A stretch of DNA of 50,824 nucleotides from Bacteroidota bacterium (GTDB taxonomy: Bacteria > Bacteroidota > Ignavibacteria > UBA10030), in assembly GCA_015661185.1 (NCBI GenBank), contig JACVXU010000002.1, positions 1 to 50,824 of the forward strand, read 5' to 3'. A program made the position numbers and the translations under genes. The notes under the pieces were generated by a model. That model was not told the DNA's origin. It worked only from the letters and a program-made list of their open reading frames with translations, and did not search any database. Positions 27,177 to 36,202 of the stretch are shown piece by piece. Position 1 is the first letter of the stretch. The number at the start of each line of letters is the position of its first letter.

Positions 27177-30100
27177 ATGAGCAAGCAGACTACGTACGGT
27201 GTCATCGCTGTTCTCTTCATCGTCTCGGGGGCCACCGGTCTAATCTATCAAGTTGCGTGGTTCAAATACCTCTCGCTTTTCCTCGGCAACACGACCTATG
27301 CGCAAACCATCCTCCTGGCGACGTTCATGGGTGGCCTCGCCATCGGGGCATCGCTCTGGGGGCGTCGTGCCGATCGAACTAAGTCGCCAATCCTTCTGTA
27401 CGGTGCGCTCGAGTTCTTCATCGGTCTCTATTGTATCCTGTATCCTTGGATCATGGGAGTTGCGAAGAACGTCTTTGTGGTGTCGGTTCATGCGCTCCAA
27501 CTGCCGAGCGACGGAACCGCGGTTCTCCTCATGAAGCTTGTTGTAAGTGTGCTGACACTCCTTCTCCCAACGATTCTCATGGGAGGTACCCTGCCTGTGC
27601 TTGTACGTTTCATCTCGCACAGCGTTGAGGAATCGGGCAGGAATGTTGCCACACTCTATTTCCTGAACAGTTTCGGCGCTGTCGTCGGCTCGCTACTCGG
27701 GGGCTTCTTCCTCGTCCCCATGGCAGGCCTTCGGGCGACGGTCATATCTGCTGGAATTGTGAATATCCTGATCGCCGCAGTGGCTTTCGTCCTCGGGAAG
27801 AGAAAGCGATTCTCTCTTTCGGTCGACGAGGCTGTACCCGAGGCTGAGATCCCCCCTTTCCCAGATAAGTTCGTTGTGATGGCTGTTGGTGTGGCAGGAG
27901 TTTCGGGTCTCGCCGCTATGATCTATGAGGTCGCATGGGTCCGATTGTTAATACCTGTGCTGGGCTCATCGACGTACTCGTACACTCTGATGCTGGTTGC
28001 GTTCATCTCCGGGATCACAATCGGAAGCTGGCTCGTAGCGTTTCTGATGCGACGCTGGAAGAACCTCATTGCGGCGCTCGCGCTCTGCCAGCTCCTCGTA
28101 GGGGTCTCCATGGCACTGATGCTGCCTCTTTATGGTCGTATTCCGTACTTCTTCTGGCACATCGGCTCTATTCTCACGAGATCGGACACCACCTATCCCA
28201 TATTTCTGACGCTGCAGTTCATCATTGGCTTTGCGATCATGATTGTCCCGACGATCTTTTTGGGCATGTCGCTCCCGCTTGCGAGCCGCATCGCCACACG
28301 ATCCGTGCAGGTGCTGGGAAGATCTGTCGGTACCGTATTTTCTGTCAACACAATTGGTACCGTAGTCGGATCTCTCGTCGCCGGGCTTGTGCTGATCCCC
28401 CTCATTGGAGTTCGTCACGCTATGGAAGTCGGACTTCTACTGAATCTCGTGAGCGGCATCATGTTGACGGTCGTGGACTCGGCGATGTCAAGGGTCCGTC
28501 GCGTTGTGCTCGTCGCGTCTGCAGGCTTTCTGGCTTGTCTCACGTTTGTTCTTGGAACGGACTGGAATCAGATCGTCACATTGTCGGGGGTGTTTCGACG
28601 GTTCGACACCAACCGGCCGCCTCCTGCATCGTACGCCGAATTTGTGAAGGGCGTTACGGCGAGCAAAGTGCTCTTTTACGAGGAAGGGGCATCGGCGACT
28701 GTTGGCGTCGTCGAGGCTCCAATTTCGGGAAAAATGCAGAACATCCTCATCATCAATGGCAAGGCGGACGCCTCATCTGTGGGAGACCTTCCGACACAGG
28801 TATTGCTTGCACAGGTGCCGATGATGCTTCATCCAGATCCTGACACGGTTCTTGTGATCGGCTTTGGAAGCGGCGTTACGACCGGAAGTGTGCTCACGCA
28901 TCCGGTCAAACTTGTTGAGAGCGTGGAGATTTCACCGGAGGTGATCGCTGCATCCAAGTTCTTCGAGCACGTGAATAACAAACCTCTTGCGGATCCGCGC
29001 GTCAGGCTTTATATCGACGATGCGCTGGCATTCTTGAAGCTCTCCCAGACGAACTACGATGCTATCATCAGCGAACCATCCAATCCATGGATCGCGGGCA
29101 TCGGCAATCTCTACACGACAGAGTTTTTTGAAATGTGCAAGGGGAGGTTGAGATCGCAGGGCATGATGGTTCAATGGTTTCATCTCTACGAGATCGACGA
29201 TGCAACATTCAAGCTCGTGGTTCGAACGTTTCGTGCGGTGTTTCCCCACGTTATGGTTTGGCAATCCTGGTCCACTGATCTCCTGCTCGTGGGCTCTCTG
29301 GAACCTGTCGCACTTGACATGGAACGACTCTCGAAGAGACTCTCAATCCTCACGGTGAAGAACGACCTGGAACGGATCAAGATCCCCGATGCTGCAACCC
29401 TGATCTCGCTTGAAATGATATCGGAAGGGCCGATCCGGGAATATGCAGGCGACGGTCCGCTGAATACGGAGGATAAGCCGTTTCTCGAGCACTGGGCGCC
29501 GAAGGCGTTCTTCACGAGCCGGGGTGCAAGTGAGATCACCGGGTTCGATGAGAGGCTCCCGTTTGGGAAATCTGCTCTGTTTCTGGACCAACTGGTGAGG
29601 AAGAGACCGTTGACAGATTTGGAGCGGCTGAATATCGGCCTTCTCCATGCGGAACAGGGGAGAGGAAATATTCCTGTAGGTTTCTCTGTGCTCTCTGGTT
29701 ACCTGGACTCCCATCCAAAGGATGAACGTGCGCTTGCGGGTATGGCAGCACTGACTGAGCGGATGGGGAGACGGGAGGAGCACATTCGGTTTCTTGAACG
29801 AACGGTTGCGCTATCGCCAAACGACCCGGTCTTGCTCGAGCAGTACGCGTGGGAGAAGTTCTCGCGTGATCGTAACGTTGCCACTCCGTTTGCCCCGTTT
29901 GATGCATCAGAGTCAGAAAAAATCCTCAAGCGCTGCATAGAACTTACTGCCGACACTGTCAATTTCTACCGTGTGCGCCTCGCTGACCTGTATTTCGGGA
30001 TTCAACAATACCAGCTCGCATTCGAGAATTATCGCAGTGCCCTGCGGTTGGCGGAACGCTATGCCAGTGATCGAAGAGTTCATCAGGATGTTCTGCTCCT

Positions 30101-30263
30101 CCAGCTTGCCAAGTGCCTCCGTCGTTTGGGCAATCCGAGCAGGGCGGCAGGCTATGCGCTTCAAGCCATCAGCGCGAATCCAACAAATGAAGAAGCAAGA
30201 GATGTGTTCTATTCGATATGGCTCTTTGGCGGTACCGGACAACGCGACACTACGGTAAAATAA
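27177..30263 (+). CDS. Fused polytopic membrane domain / spermidine-synthase-like SAM-fold domain / C-terminal TPR-like repeats
   Basis: 1028 aa. The first 470 aa or so are hydrophobic, with at least 12 TM-like segments. The aminopropyltransferase-like core is VLVIGFGSGVTTGS...VEISPEVI...DDALAFL...YDAIISEPSNPW. The C-terminal 250 aa or so are helical repeats (LALSPNDPVLLEQYAW, YFGIQQYQLAFENYRSALRL). Confidence 0.85.
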   Translation: MSKQTTYGVIAVLFIVSGATGLIYQVAWFKYLSLFLGNTTYAQTILLATFMGGLAIGASLWGRRADRTKSPILLYGALEFFIGLYCILYPWIMGVAKNVFVVSVHALQLPSDGTAVLLMKLVVSVLTLLLPTILMGGTLPVLVRFISHSVEESGRNVATLYFLNSFGAVVGSLLGGFFLVPMAGLRATVISAGIVNILIAAVAFVLGKRKRFSLSVDEAVPEAEIPPFPDKFVVMAVGVAGVSGLAAMIYEVAWVRLLIPVLGSSTYSYTLMLVAFISGITIGSWLVAFLMRRWKNLIAALALCQLLVGVSMALMLPLYGRIPYFFWHIGSILTRSDTTYPIFLTLQFIIGFAIMIVPTIFLGMSLPLASRIATRSVQVLGRSVGTVFSVNTIGTVVGSLVAGLVLIPLIGVRHAMEVGLLLNLVSGIMLTVVDSAMSRVRRVVLVASAGFLACLTFVLGTDWNQIVTLSGVFRRFDTNRPPPASYAEFVKGVTASKVLFYEEGASATVGVVEAPISGKMQNILIINGKADASSVGDLPTQVLLAQVPMMLHPDPDTVLVIGFGSGVTTGSVLTHPVKLVESVEISPEVIAASKFFEHVNNKPLADPRVRLYIDDALAFLKLSQTNYDAIISEPSNPWIAGIGNLYTTEFFEMCKGRLRSQGMMVQWFHLYEIDDATFKLVVRTFRAVFPHVMVWQSWSTDLLLVGSLEPVALDMERLSKRLSILTVKNDLERIKIPDAATLISLEMISEGPIREYAGDGPLNTEDKPFLEHWAPKAFFTSRGASEITGFDERLPFGKSALFLDQLVRKRPLTDLERLNIGLLHAEQGRGNIPVGFSVLSGYLDSHPKDERALAGMAALTERMGRREEHIRFLERTVALSPNDPVLLEQYAWEKFSRDRNVATPFAPFDASESEKILKRCIELTADTVNFYRVRLADLYFGIQQYQLAFENYRSALRLAERYASDRRVHQDVLLLQLAKCLRRLGNPSRAAGYALQAISANPTNEEARDVFYSIWLFGGTGQRDTTVK

Positions 30264-30280
30264 TAACGACAATCTTGCCC

Positions 30281-31936
30281 ATGTCCCGAATCGGGAGTGA
30301 CATCAACGCGGATGCAACGTTTCGAAAGTACAGTGAGCATCAGCGCGCTCTGTTGGATGGGGTCCGTGCCAAGGGCGAGCTCGTGAAAATGGGAGGGGGG
30401 AAGGACGCGATCGAGAAGCACCGCAAGAAGGGGAAACTCTTCGTACGGGAGCGCATTCAGAAGCTTGTCGATCCAGGGTCGTCGTTCGTCGAGATTGGAC
30501 TCTTCGCTGCCTATGGAATGTATGAAGAATTCGGTGGAGCTCCCTCTTCCGGCACTGTCTTCGGCATCGGAAAGATCCACGAGCGTGACGTCGTCATCGT
30601 TGCGAATGACGCCACCGTCAAGGCCGGCGCCTGGTTCCCGATCACGTGTAAGAAAAACCTTCGGGCTCAGGAAATTGCGATCGAGAATCGGATCCCAATC
30701 GTATACCTCGTGGACTCAGCCGGCGTGTTTCTCCCTCTCCAATCCGAAATCTTCCCTGACAAGGAACACTTCGGCCGTATTTTCCGAAACAACGCGATCA
30801 TGTCATCGATGGGCATCACGCAAATTGCTGCAATCATGGGTCCTTGTGTTGCTGGTGGTGCCTATCTGCCCATCATGAGCGATGAGGCCATGATTGTTGA
30901 TAAGACGGGAAGCGTCTTCCTTGCTGGCTCTCACCTTGTGAAGGCGGCAATCGGGGAAGAAATCGAAAACGAAGCGTTGGGGGGTGCAAGCGTCCACTGC
31001 GAAATCAGCGGCGTGACCGATCACAAGATGAAAGACGACGATGAGTGTCTGAAGAAAATTCGCAGCATCATCGGAAAGCTTGGAAAAAAGCCCCGACTCG
31101 AACTTGACCGTGAGGTGCCGATGGCTCCCAGGTTCGCCGGTGAAGAGATTTATGGCATCCTTCCGATCGATCGATCGAAGCCTTATGATATGTATCAAGT
31201 GCTTGCTCGCATTGTCGACGATAGCGAACTGGATGAATACAAGGCCGGGTTCGGCAAAACGGTCATCACGGGTTATGCCCGGATCGATGGCTGGGCTGTC
31301 GGCATCGTCGCCAACCAGCGTTCTGTCGTGAAGACGGCTCGAGGGGAAATGCAGGTCGGTGGTGTCATCTACGGCGACAGCGCCGACAAGGCCGCCCGGT
31401 TCATCATGGCCTGCAATCAAAAGATCATCCCACTCGTTTTCTTCCAGGATGTGACAGGATTCATGGTTGGAAGCCGGGCCGAACAAGGAGGGATACTAAG
31501 GTCGGGGGCGAAAATGGTGAACGCGGTAGCTAATAGCGTTGTGCCGAAATTCACCTTCATTGTCGGGAACAGCTACGGTGCAGGGAACTATGCAATGTGC
31601 GGGAAGGCCTATGACCCGCGGTTGATTTTTGCCTGGCCCAGTGCTCAGATTGCCGTTATGGGAGGCAAACAGGCGAGCGAAACCCTTCTCAGCATCAAGG
31701 TCCAGGCGGCGGAGAAGGGGGGAGAGCACATTTCGAAGGAAAAACAGGCAAAACTACTCAAAGAAACACAGGATAGATATGAAGCCGAACTCGAACCACT
31801 TTTCGCGGCCGCCCGGCTCTGGATCGATGGAATTATTGATCCTCTTGAAACTCGTGAAAGGATTTCCCGTGGAATAGAGATGGCTACTCACAATACCGAA
31901 ATCCCGAGGTTCAACCCGGGGATTATTCAGACCTGA
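30281..31936 (+). CDS. Acyl-CoA carboxylase carboxyltransferase subunit (methylcrotonyl-/propionyl-CoA carboxylase beta family)
   Basis: Double crotonase-fold CT domains with motifs KLFVRERI, ANDATVKAG, MGPCVAGGAY and AWPSAQIAVMG. ATG 30281 is preferred over the overlapping start at 30218. Confidence 0.92.
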   Translation: MSRIGSDINADATFRKYSEHQRALLDGVRAKGELVKMGGGKDAIEKHRKKGKLFVRERIQKLVDPGSSFVEIGLFAAYGMYEEFGGAPSSGTVFGIGKIHERDVVIVANDATVKAGAWFPITCKKNLRAQEIAIENRIPIVYLVDSAGVFLPLQSEIFPDKEHFGRIFRNNAIMSSMGITQIAAIMGPCVAGGAYLPIMSDEAMIVDKTGSVFLAGSHLVKAAIGEEIENEALGGASVHCEISGVTDHKMKDDDECLKKIRSIIGKLGKKPRLELDREVPMAPRFAGEEIYGILPIDRSKPYDMYQVLARIVDDSELDEYKAGFGKTVITGYARIDGWAVGIVANQRSVVKTARGEMQVGGVIYGDSADKAARFIMACNQKIIPLVFFQDVTGFMVGSRAEQGGILRSGAKMVNAVANSVVPKFTFIVGNSYGAGNYAMCGKAYDPRLIFAWPSAQIAVMGGKQASETLLSIKVQAAEKGGEHISKEKQAKLLKETQDRYEAELEPLFAAARLWIDGIIDPLETRERISRGIEMATHNTEIPRFNPGIIQT

Positions 31937-31956
31937 CACTCTTCATCTCAGGTCGA

Positions 31957-32706
31957 ATGAAAGATCTGATGCTCTTCAGCAGTCCCATGAGGACCCTGTT
32001 CGCTCTCGGTACTCTTCTCATCCTCTTTCAGGGTGTTTCCGTCGCTCAGTGTGACGGCAAACCCGGGCCCGACGGTCTGTCCTGGGATTTCGATGAGGGC
32101 GAGAAGGAGACCTTCTCTCTGTTCCGATTCATCGGGAACGCATTTACTCCGGATCTTGTCAAGGAGACGCGCCAGATTCGGGTTTATGTCCGCGACCTGA
32201 GGTTTGGCGTATTGATGAAACGGTGTGGTGATATGCGAACGGTTGACGCAATCTATCTGAAGGCGTTGAAGATTGCAGATCACAATATCGCCCGGGCTTT
32301 GTTTCTGTCCTTGATGGGAACACTGGAGCATCGCGACGTGGACTTGAAGATACCCATCTTAGGCTCGCTTGGTGTGCCGCTCACCTTCGAAGAGGACAGT
32401 CTTTTCAATGCACGGTTCGGCAATCTTCCTTCGCGACTCTATGTCGATTCACCTCGTGAGGGTGACAGGGACAAGTTGCAGCACTTCTTCGGTTCCGCAT
32501 ATCTCGCCTATGCCTCCGAGTCACGCGACGTTGCCCGGTCAACGGGCAATCTGGTGGAATGGGGTGAGGCGCAGTTTGTCGTTGGAGGCGTTGACGATGC
32601 CCGGGATCGACGGGCCAACAAACACGGTGAGCGTTTCGGTCATGATCTATTGACGGTCAAGAACCTCCTGCCGTCGGATTATCTGAACCTTCCATTCGAA
32701 GAGTAG
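31957..32706 (+). CDS. Hypothetical exported protein
   Basis: N-terminal signal-like segment (TLFALGTLLILFQGVSVAQ). I recognise no family. It lies directly upstream of a sigma54 activator. Confidence 0.55.
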   Translation: MKDLMLFSSPMRTLFALGTLLILFQGVSVAQCDGKPGPDGLSWDFDEGEKETFSLFRFIGNAFTPDLVKETRQIRVYVRDLRFGVLMKRCGDMRTVDAIYLKALKIADHNIARALFLSLMGTLEHRDVDLKIPILGSLGVPLTFEEDSLFNARFGNLPSRLYVDSPREGDRDKLQHFFGSAYLAYASESRDVARSTGNLVEWGEAQFVVGGVDDARDRRANKHGERFGHDLLTVKNLLPSDYLNLPFEE

Positions 32707-32714
32707 TGTGAGCC

Positions 32715-34091
32715 ATGAAAACGATCCTGGTAGTTGACGATGAAAAGAGCGTGCGCGATTCGCTCAAGATGGTCCTTGAGTTCGAATCGTATGAAGTGCT
32801 CTTCGCAGAAAACGGACACGAAGCGCTGCGCCATCTGACGACGGCGTCAATCGACCTGATATTGCTCGACGTCAAGATGGCAGGCATGGACGGTCTCGAG
32901 GTCCTTCAGCGGGTGCGCCAGAAACGAAGTGAGCTACCGGTCATTATGATCTCGGGACACGGCACGATCGAAACCGCAGTCGAAGCGACGAAACTCGGTG
33001 CGTTCGATTTCCTCGCGAAACCGCTCGATCGGGACAAACTCCTCGTTACCGTCCGTAACGCGCTCCAGCAGGCGAAACTGTCTGAAGAGTACCGGCAGCT
33101 TCGGGAATCGGTTGAAGGGAAATGGCAGATTCTTGGGGAGAGCCCGAAGATCAAGGAGATCCTCGCGGTCATTGAACGCGTGGCGCCGACTGATGTGCGG
33201 GTGCTGATCACCGGCGAGAATGGCAGCGGCAAGGAACTCGTCGCCCGGGCGCTTCAACGGTACAGTAAACGTTCGTCAAAGCCGTTCATAGAGGTGAACT
33301 GCGCCGCGATTCCTTCGGAGCTTATCGAATCGGAGTTGTTCGGACATGAAAAAGGCTCCTTCACCGGCGCGACTGCTCAGCGCATCGGAAAATTCGAACA
33401 AGCGGATGGAGGGACATTGTTTCTCGACGAGATCGGAGACATGAGCTTTCGCGCTCAGGCAAAAGTGCTCCGCGCTCTCGAGGAGGGAACGATCGAAAGG
33501 GTCGGAGGCAACAAGTTGATCTCGGTCGACGTGCGTGTGATCGCAGCGACGAACAAGAACCTCGAAGAGGAAATCAAGAAAGGAAACTTCCGCGATGACC
33601 TCTATCATCGACTGAGAGTCATTCCGATTCACGTACCGCCGATACGGGAACGCAGGGAGGATATCCCCATCCTTATCAAGTCGTTCATCGATGACGTCTG
33701 CACACGCAACGGGATGGCTCGCAAGACCGTGACGGATGAAGCACTCAAGCGTCTGTCTTCGTTGGAATGGCGTGGAAACGTTCGGGAAGTGCGCAATACC
33801 GTCGAGCGGCTGGTGATCCTGTCGCCCGGAACCACGATTGATGTTTCTCTCCTTGAGGCGGGAGTACAGGGGGGACACGGAGAATTTGAAGAGATACTCG
33901 GCCAGGGAGGCACCTTCCAGGAATTCAAGGAACGCGCTGAAGCGGCATTCGTTCGCAGGCAGCTTGAGCAGCACAAATGGAATATTTCGAAAACAGCTGA
34001 AGCTCTGGATATTCAACGCAGCCATCTCTACACAAAGATGAAACGATATGGATTGATGAAGGAGGGGGAATCGGGTGAAGGGGATCAATAA
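32715..34091 (+). CDS. Sigma-54-dependent Fis-family response regulator (second NtrC-type EBP)
   Basis: REC domain (VVDDEK, LLDVKMAGMDG, LAKP), AAA+ domain (GENGSGKE, ESELFGHEKGSFTGA, FRDDLYHRL) and C-terminal HTH. Confidence 0.95.
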   Translation: MKTILVVDDEKSVRDSLKMVLEFESYEVLFAENGHEALRHLTTASIDLILLDVKMAGMDGLEVLQRVRQKRSELPVIMISGHGTIETAVEATKLGAFDFLAKPLDRDKLLVTVRNALQQAKLSEEYRQLRESVEGKWQILGESPKIKEILAVIERVAPTDVRVLITGENGSGKELVARALQRYSKRSSKPFIEVNCAAIPSELIESELFGHEKGSFTGATAQRIGKFEQADGGTLFLDEIGDMSFRAQAKVLRALEEGTIERVGGNKLISVDVRVIAATNKNLEEEIKKGNFRDDLYHRLRVIPIHVPPIRERREDIPILIKSFIDDVCTRNGMARKTVTDEALKRLSSLEWRGNVREVRNTVERLVILSPGTTIDVSLLEAGVQGGHGEFEEILGQGGTFQEFKERAEAAFVRRQLEQHKWNISKTAEALDIQRSHLYTKMKRYGLMKEGESGEGDQ

Positions 34092-34141
34092 CAGACAATA
34101 GTCAATTCTCGAGCTGGCACTGCCGAACCACGCTCCACTCC

Positions 34142-34900
34142 TCAGAGCTTGCCGCCATTCCCGGATCGTTTGTGCCTGCCTTTGGCTGCCTCAAACAAGA
34201 TCAGCCCGCCGGCGACTGAAGCGTTCAGCGATCCGATCTTTCCATACATCGGAATCTTGACAAGGAAGTCACACTTCTCCTTTACGAGCCTCCGGATTCC
34301 CTTTCCCTCATTTCCCACGACTATGGCGATTGGCCCGGTGTAATCGAGGTCGTCGTATGAGCGTTTGGCCAGCGTGTCGGTGCCAACGACCCAAACGCCT
34401 TGCTCCCGCAGCGCATCCAGCGTGGTGGCTATGTTTGTTACCTTTGCTACGGGAAGATGGAGTGAGGCACCTGCGGAAGATTTGGTGACAGTTTCGTTCA
34501 GGGAGGCGGAGTGGTGCCGGGGAAGGACCACGCCATGAATGCCGGCGCATTCGCCCGTACGGATGAGAGCTCCGAGATTGTGCGGGTCCTCGATCTCGTC
34601 GAGGATGAGGAGGAACGGCTTTTCACCTTTGTCCGCTGCCGACTGCAGGATGGCGTCGATGTCAACATACTGCTTCGACGATGTGATGGCCAGAACCCCT
34701 TGAGCATTCGCGTCGGGGTAAAGCTCAAGAAAGCGCTGCCGATCGATCTCCTTGACAGGAACGCCGCGGCGTTTGGCGAACTGCTGAATTGTTTGGATCA
34801 CGCCGCCGTGGGTCCCGAACAGGAGATAGATCTTCTCGAGAGGAGTATCCGATCGGAGCGCTTCGAGTACCGGTTGCCTTCCTGCGATCAGGTTTTCCAC
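34142..34900 (-). CDS. rlmB: 23S rRNA (guanosine-2'-O)-methyltransferase RlmB (SpoU/TrmH family)
   Basis: LLILDEIEDPHNLGALIRT, VVGNEGKGIR, GSLNASVAGG. GTG 34900 gives the E. coli-like N-terminus (ENLIAGRQPVLEAL). The ORF extends to 35002, overlapping lgt. Confidence 0.85.
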   Translation of the reverse strand: MENLIAGRQPVLEALRSDTPLEKIYLLFGTHGGVIQTIQQFAKRRGVPVKEIDRQRFLELYPDANAQGVLAITSSKQYVDIDAILQSAADKGEKPFLLILDEIEDPHNLGALIRTGECAGIHGVVLPRHHSASLNETVTKSSAGASLHLPVAKVTNIATTLDALREQGVWVVGTDTLAKRSYDDLDYTGPIAIVVGNEGKGIRRLVKEKCDFLVKIPMYGKIGSLNASVAGGLILFEAAKGRHKRSGNGGKL

Positions 34901-34934
34901 GGTTGCCTCGTTGATGTCAGTGCGCGAGTACGAG

Positions 34935-35759
34935 TCATGCCGAGCGACGCCCGTCTTGATTTCTGGAAAGAGAGTACCATCCAAGGAGTCCCACGAGGAC
35001 AAGTGCCAGGGCGATAAGCTGTGCTTCGGAAAGCCCCAGAGCGGAACGCGGGTTGATTCGCACGAACTCGATCAGGAATCGCTCGAGCCCTGCAACGATG
35101 AGGTAGAGCATGAAGAGTTTGCCCTCGGGCTGCAGTTTCGTCCGGAGGCGCCACAGTACCCAGAAGAGAATTCCGCAGATGAGGAACTCGTACATGGGTG
35201 TCGGATGGCAGAGCGTATGATCCGGCACGATTCCGCCGGGGAACGTATTCGCGATCTCAGGAATGTTCTTGAATGCCACCGAGGGAGGGTACGTCCCCTT
35301 TGAATAGTCTGTTCCCCAAGGAAGCGTTGTCGGGAAGCCATAGTCTCCGTCGCCTGCGAGGTGGCAGCCAATGCGTGCGATTCCGTAGGCAAGCAGCAAC
35401 CCGGGTGCGATCGCGTCCGTGGCGAGAAGAAAGCGAATGCCGCGCTTTCTCAGATACAGGTAGATTGAAAAGGCTGCAAGGAGAAAGCCGCCATAGAACG
35501 TCAACCCGCTCGGCGAAAAAGCCATCCCGATCGGATCGTCCAGGAAGTAGTCCCAGTTTTCGATCAGGAACAGAAGCTTGGCTCCTGCCACACCTGCGAC
35601 AAGTGCGATCAGGGTAATCGTATTGCCCAGGTTAGGATCGAGGCCTCTGCGTTTCATCTCGTATGTAACCAAATAGCTTCCGACGATGAAGCCGATCGCC
35701 AGCATCAGACCGTAGCCGTAGATTGTAAATGGACCGATTTGCAGAAGACGAGGACACAT
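34935..35759 (-). CDS. lgt: Prolipoprotein diacylglyceryl transferase
   Basis: GPFTIYGYGLMLAIGF, RIGCHLAGDGDYG and multiple TM segments. Confidence 0.93.
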   Translation of the reverse strand: MCPRLLQIGPFTIYGYGLMLAIGFIVGSYLVTYEMKRRGLDPNLGNTITLIALVAGVAGAKLLFLIENWDYFLDDPIGMAFSPSGLTFYGGFLLAAFSIYLYLRKRGIRFLLATDAIAPGLLLAYGIARIGCHLAGDGDYGFPTTLPWGTDYSKGTYPPSVAFKNIPEIANTFPGGIVPDHTLCHPTPMYEFLICGILFWVLWRLRTKLQPEGKLFMLYLIVAGLERFLIEFVRINPRSALGLSEAQLIALALVLVGLLGWYSLSRNQDGRRSA

Positions 35760-35800
35760 GGCTCAGTCGATGTTTAGTAATTGAGGAGTTCGCAAGTTCA

Positions 35801-36202
35801 TTAAAGCGCCACCGGTCTATTGGATGTGGTGATGAACGGCGCGGCGGGCGCCCCCTTGATAACAAGGTTGGACGGGGTGACGTTAAGCTGGAATTCGTTC
35901 ATCTCGCCATCAAGTTTCATAATGTTCAGCACATAAGAGCCGGCCAAGTCGGTGAAATCTCGCCGACCGCGAGCAGGTCCGACACTTGGCATGAGCAATG
36001 ATGTGGTTTGGAGGCCGAGAATCTTCAACTGAATAGCCTTGTTTTCAACCGCCACGTCCAGGAGAATCTCGTAGCTGAAGCTGGTGAATTCCTTGGTTGT
36101 CTGGACGAGAAAAACCTGCAAGACCTTGCGGACTCGTTCATCAAAGTGATGAAAAACGTGGAGGGAGTATTCCGGGTCGCGTTGTTTTTTCTTCCGAGGC
36201 AT
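35801..36202 (-). CDS. Hypothetical protein (basic N-terminus)
   Basis: 133-aa ORF whose ATG overlaps the hisS stop by 1 nt (MPRKKKQRDPEYS...). No recognisable motif. Confidence 0.5.
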   Translation of the reverse strand: MPRKKKQRDPEYSLHVFHHFDERVRKVLQVFLVQTTKEFTSFSYEILLDVAVENKAIQLKILGLQTTSLLMPSVGPARGRRDFTDLAGSYVLNIMKLDGEMNEFQLNVTPSNLVIKGAPAAPFITTSNRPVAL

